Assembly: GCA_951406725.2 (NCBI GenBank)
Contig: OX597816.1
Coordinates: 10,478,001 to 10,542,000 of the forward strand
Reading direction: 5' to 3'
DNA from: Octopus vulgaris
Lineage: Eukaryota
Length of the DNA: 64,000 nt
Shown: positions 62,413 to 64,000 of the stretch, piece by piece
How the letters are laid out: each line of letters opens with the position of its first letter
How positions within the stretch are numbered: position 1 is the stretch's first letter
The notes under the pieces: model-generated
What the model was told of the DNA's origin: nothing
What the model saw: the letters and a program-made list of their open reading frames with translations, nothing else
Databases searched by the model: none
Translations under genes and position numbers: made by a program

Positions 62413-63429
62413 TTCATTTGAAGACAGATTTAGATAGAAATATCTTCATGTCAAAGGAGCCCAGAACACACTGTAAAGTGGATGGTATAAGAAATGGCAT
62501 CCAGGCATAGGAACCAAGTCAAACTAAACTGGAATCTGGTGCAGCTCCCCAGCTTGCCAGTTCCAGTCAAACTGTCCAACCCTTGCCAGCATGGAAAACA
62601 ATGACGACAACAACGACGGTGACAGCTACAATGACGATGGTGACAACAACGACAGCAGCAATGATGACATTGACGATGATGATTAAGTAGCAGAGAAGGG
62701 TTTCTATTTCATTAAGATAATGCTCAACGTGAACAGTCACAAACGAAAATTACAACTAAAGTTGTTTGAAGTTATAAAATAACAGTTATACACTGGAATA
62801 ATTTTTATTAACCAAATCACTTATGCTTGTAAAAGTTAGTGTTGTGTTTACTAAAATAAATCATTATTTTGTTATATATATGTGCTTGCTTTCGTTTTTT
62901 TTTTTTTTTTTGTCCATTGTCAAAAATGATTGATGACTAAATTTAGGAATAAAGCATTTGAAAAATCAGAATAGATAACCAGAGATTTTGGTATAAATCA
63001 ATGCATTTTATTAGCAGTAAATGGAAAGGAAAATTCTTGATGATATATCTTTCATCAATTCTCTGAACATTTATGAGCAATGAAGGTGTGAGGAAAAAGC
63101 TATTAGTTAATAATTCAAATTTTATAGTTACATACGTTCTTCTCTTTCATCTCTCGACTGTGGCATTAAATAAGCATTCTCTCTTTTAGGAAATTTGCTC
63201 TTAGACTAGTGTTTCAATTAACCAATATGTTCTGTTGGGCTTTGTTTTCAGGGCCAGCTGTTGATGTATGTCTGTGTGCGGGGGGGGCAGGGGTGTGTGG
63301 GGGTGGGGGTATGACTGTGTATGTATGGGTATGTGTATACGTTATACGCTTCACTGTAAATTTGTGCCCCTTTGTCCGTGAGTATGTGACTGTGTAAGGC
63401 TATATCATGTGGCTACACATACATCCATA

Positions 63430-63497
63430 AATATATATATATATATATGTGCGTGCGTGTGTGTGTGTGTGTGTATATATATGTGTATATATGTGTG

Positions 63498-63528
<31 letters not shown>

Positions 63529-63537
63529 GTGTGTGTA

Positions 63538-63570
<33 letters not shown>

Positions 63571-63785
63571 GTGTGTGTGTATATATGTGTGTGTATGTGT
63601 ATATATATGTATGTGTGTGTGTATATATATGTGTGTGTGTATATATATATGTGTGTGTGTGTGTGTATATATATATCATACACACACGTGTATACAAGTA
63701 CATATATATGTGTGTGTATATATATTGATATATGTGTGTATGTATGTATGTATGTTTGTAGGTAGGTAGGTAGGCTGGTAGGTAT
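63430..63785. repeat. (TG)/(TA) microsatellite
   Basis: Directly visible. Confidence 0.95.
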
Positions 63786-64000
63786 GTTTATTTGTTGCTA
63801 AATGTTGCTGAAACAGATGTGTATATTTTGTAATAACATTAAATGTTTATTTGTGTGTGTGTATAGTTTGTTGTTCTTTAAGTATGTGCATAATATTATC
63901 TTTTCACGTGTCTACATATATACACACACATGTTCATCTCACACTTCTGCGTTCACCAGACACAAAATCACTTCAGTTCTTTGTTTCTGTGTTCATATTA

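Overview
AT-rich, repeat-saturated eukaryotic DNA. The SINE families and dense (TA)/(AAT)/(CAT) microsatellites look like an Octopus genome (inferred from recalled repeat families, not from a search). I found no host protein-coding exon that I can support; almost all long ORFs in the track are translations of microsatellites or SINEs. The window holds three tRNA-derived SINE families (A, B, C here) and many 5'-truncated RTE-LINE 3' ends. It also holds decayed fragments of RTE, CR1-like, R4/Dong and Penelope-like (PLE) retroelements and mariner transposases, plus piggyBac-, Tc1/mariner- and hAT-type MITEs. The most interesting signals are RNA-structural: (1) several minimal type I hammerhead ribozyme motifs of PLE type, including a 211-bp palindrome with one hammerhead per arm; (2) a ~60-65-bp tandem array in the RTE 3' UTR whose constant part can fold as a compact H-type pseudoknot and whose variable part lies in a hairpin loop; (3) one SINE head joined to four unrelated 3' tails, with a covarying stem; (4) fixed-junction SINE B dimers whose tail matches a LINE-like 3' end in this window. 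Coordinates were read by eye and may be off by a few bases; only representative copies of the abundant families are listed.
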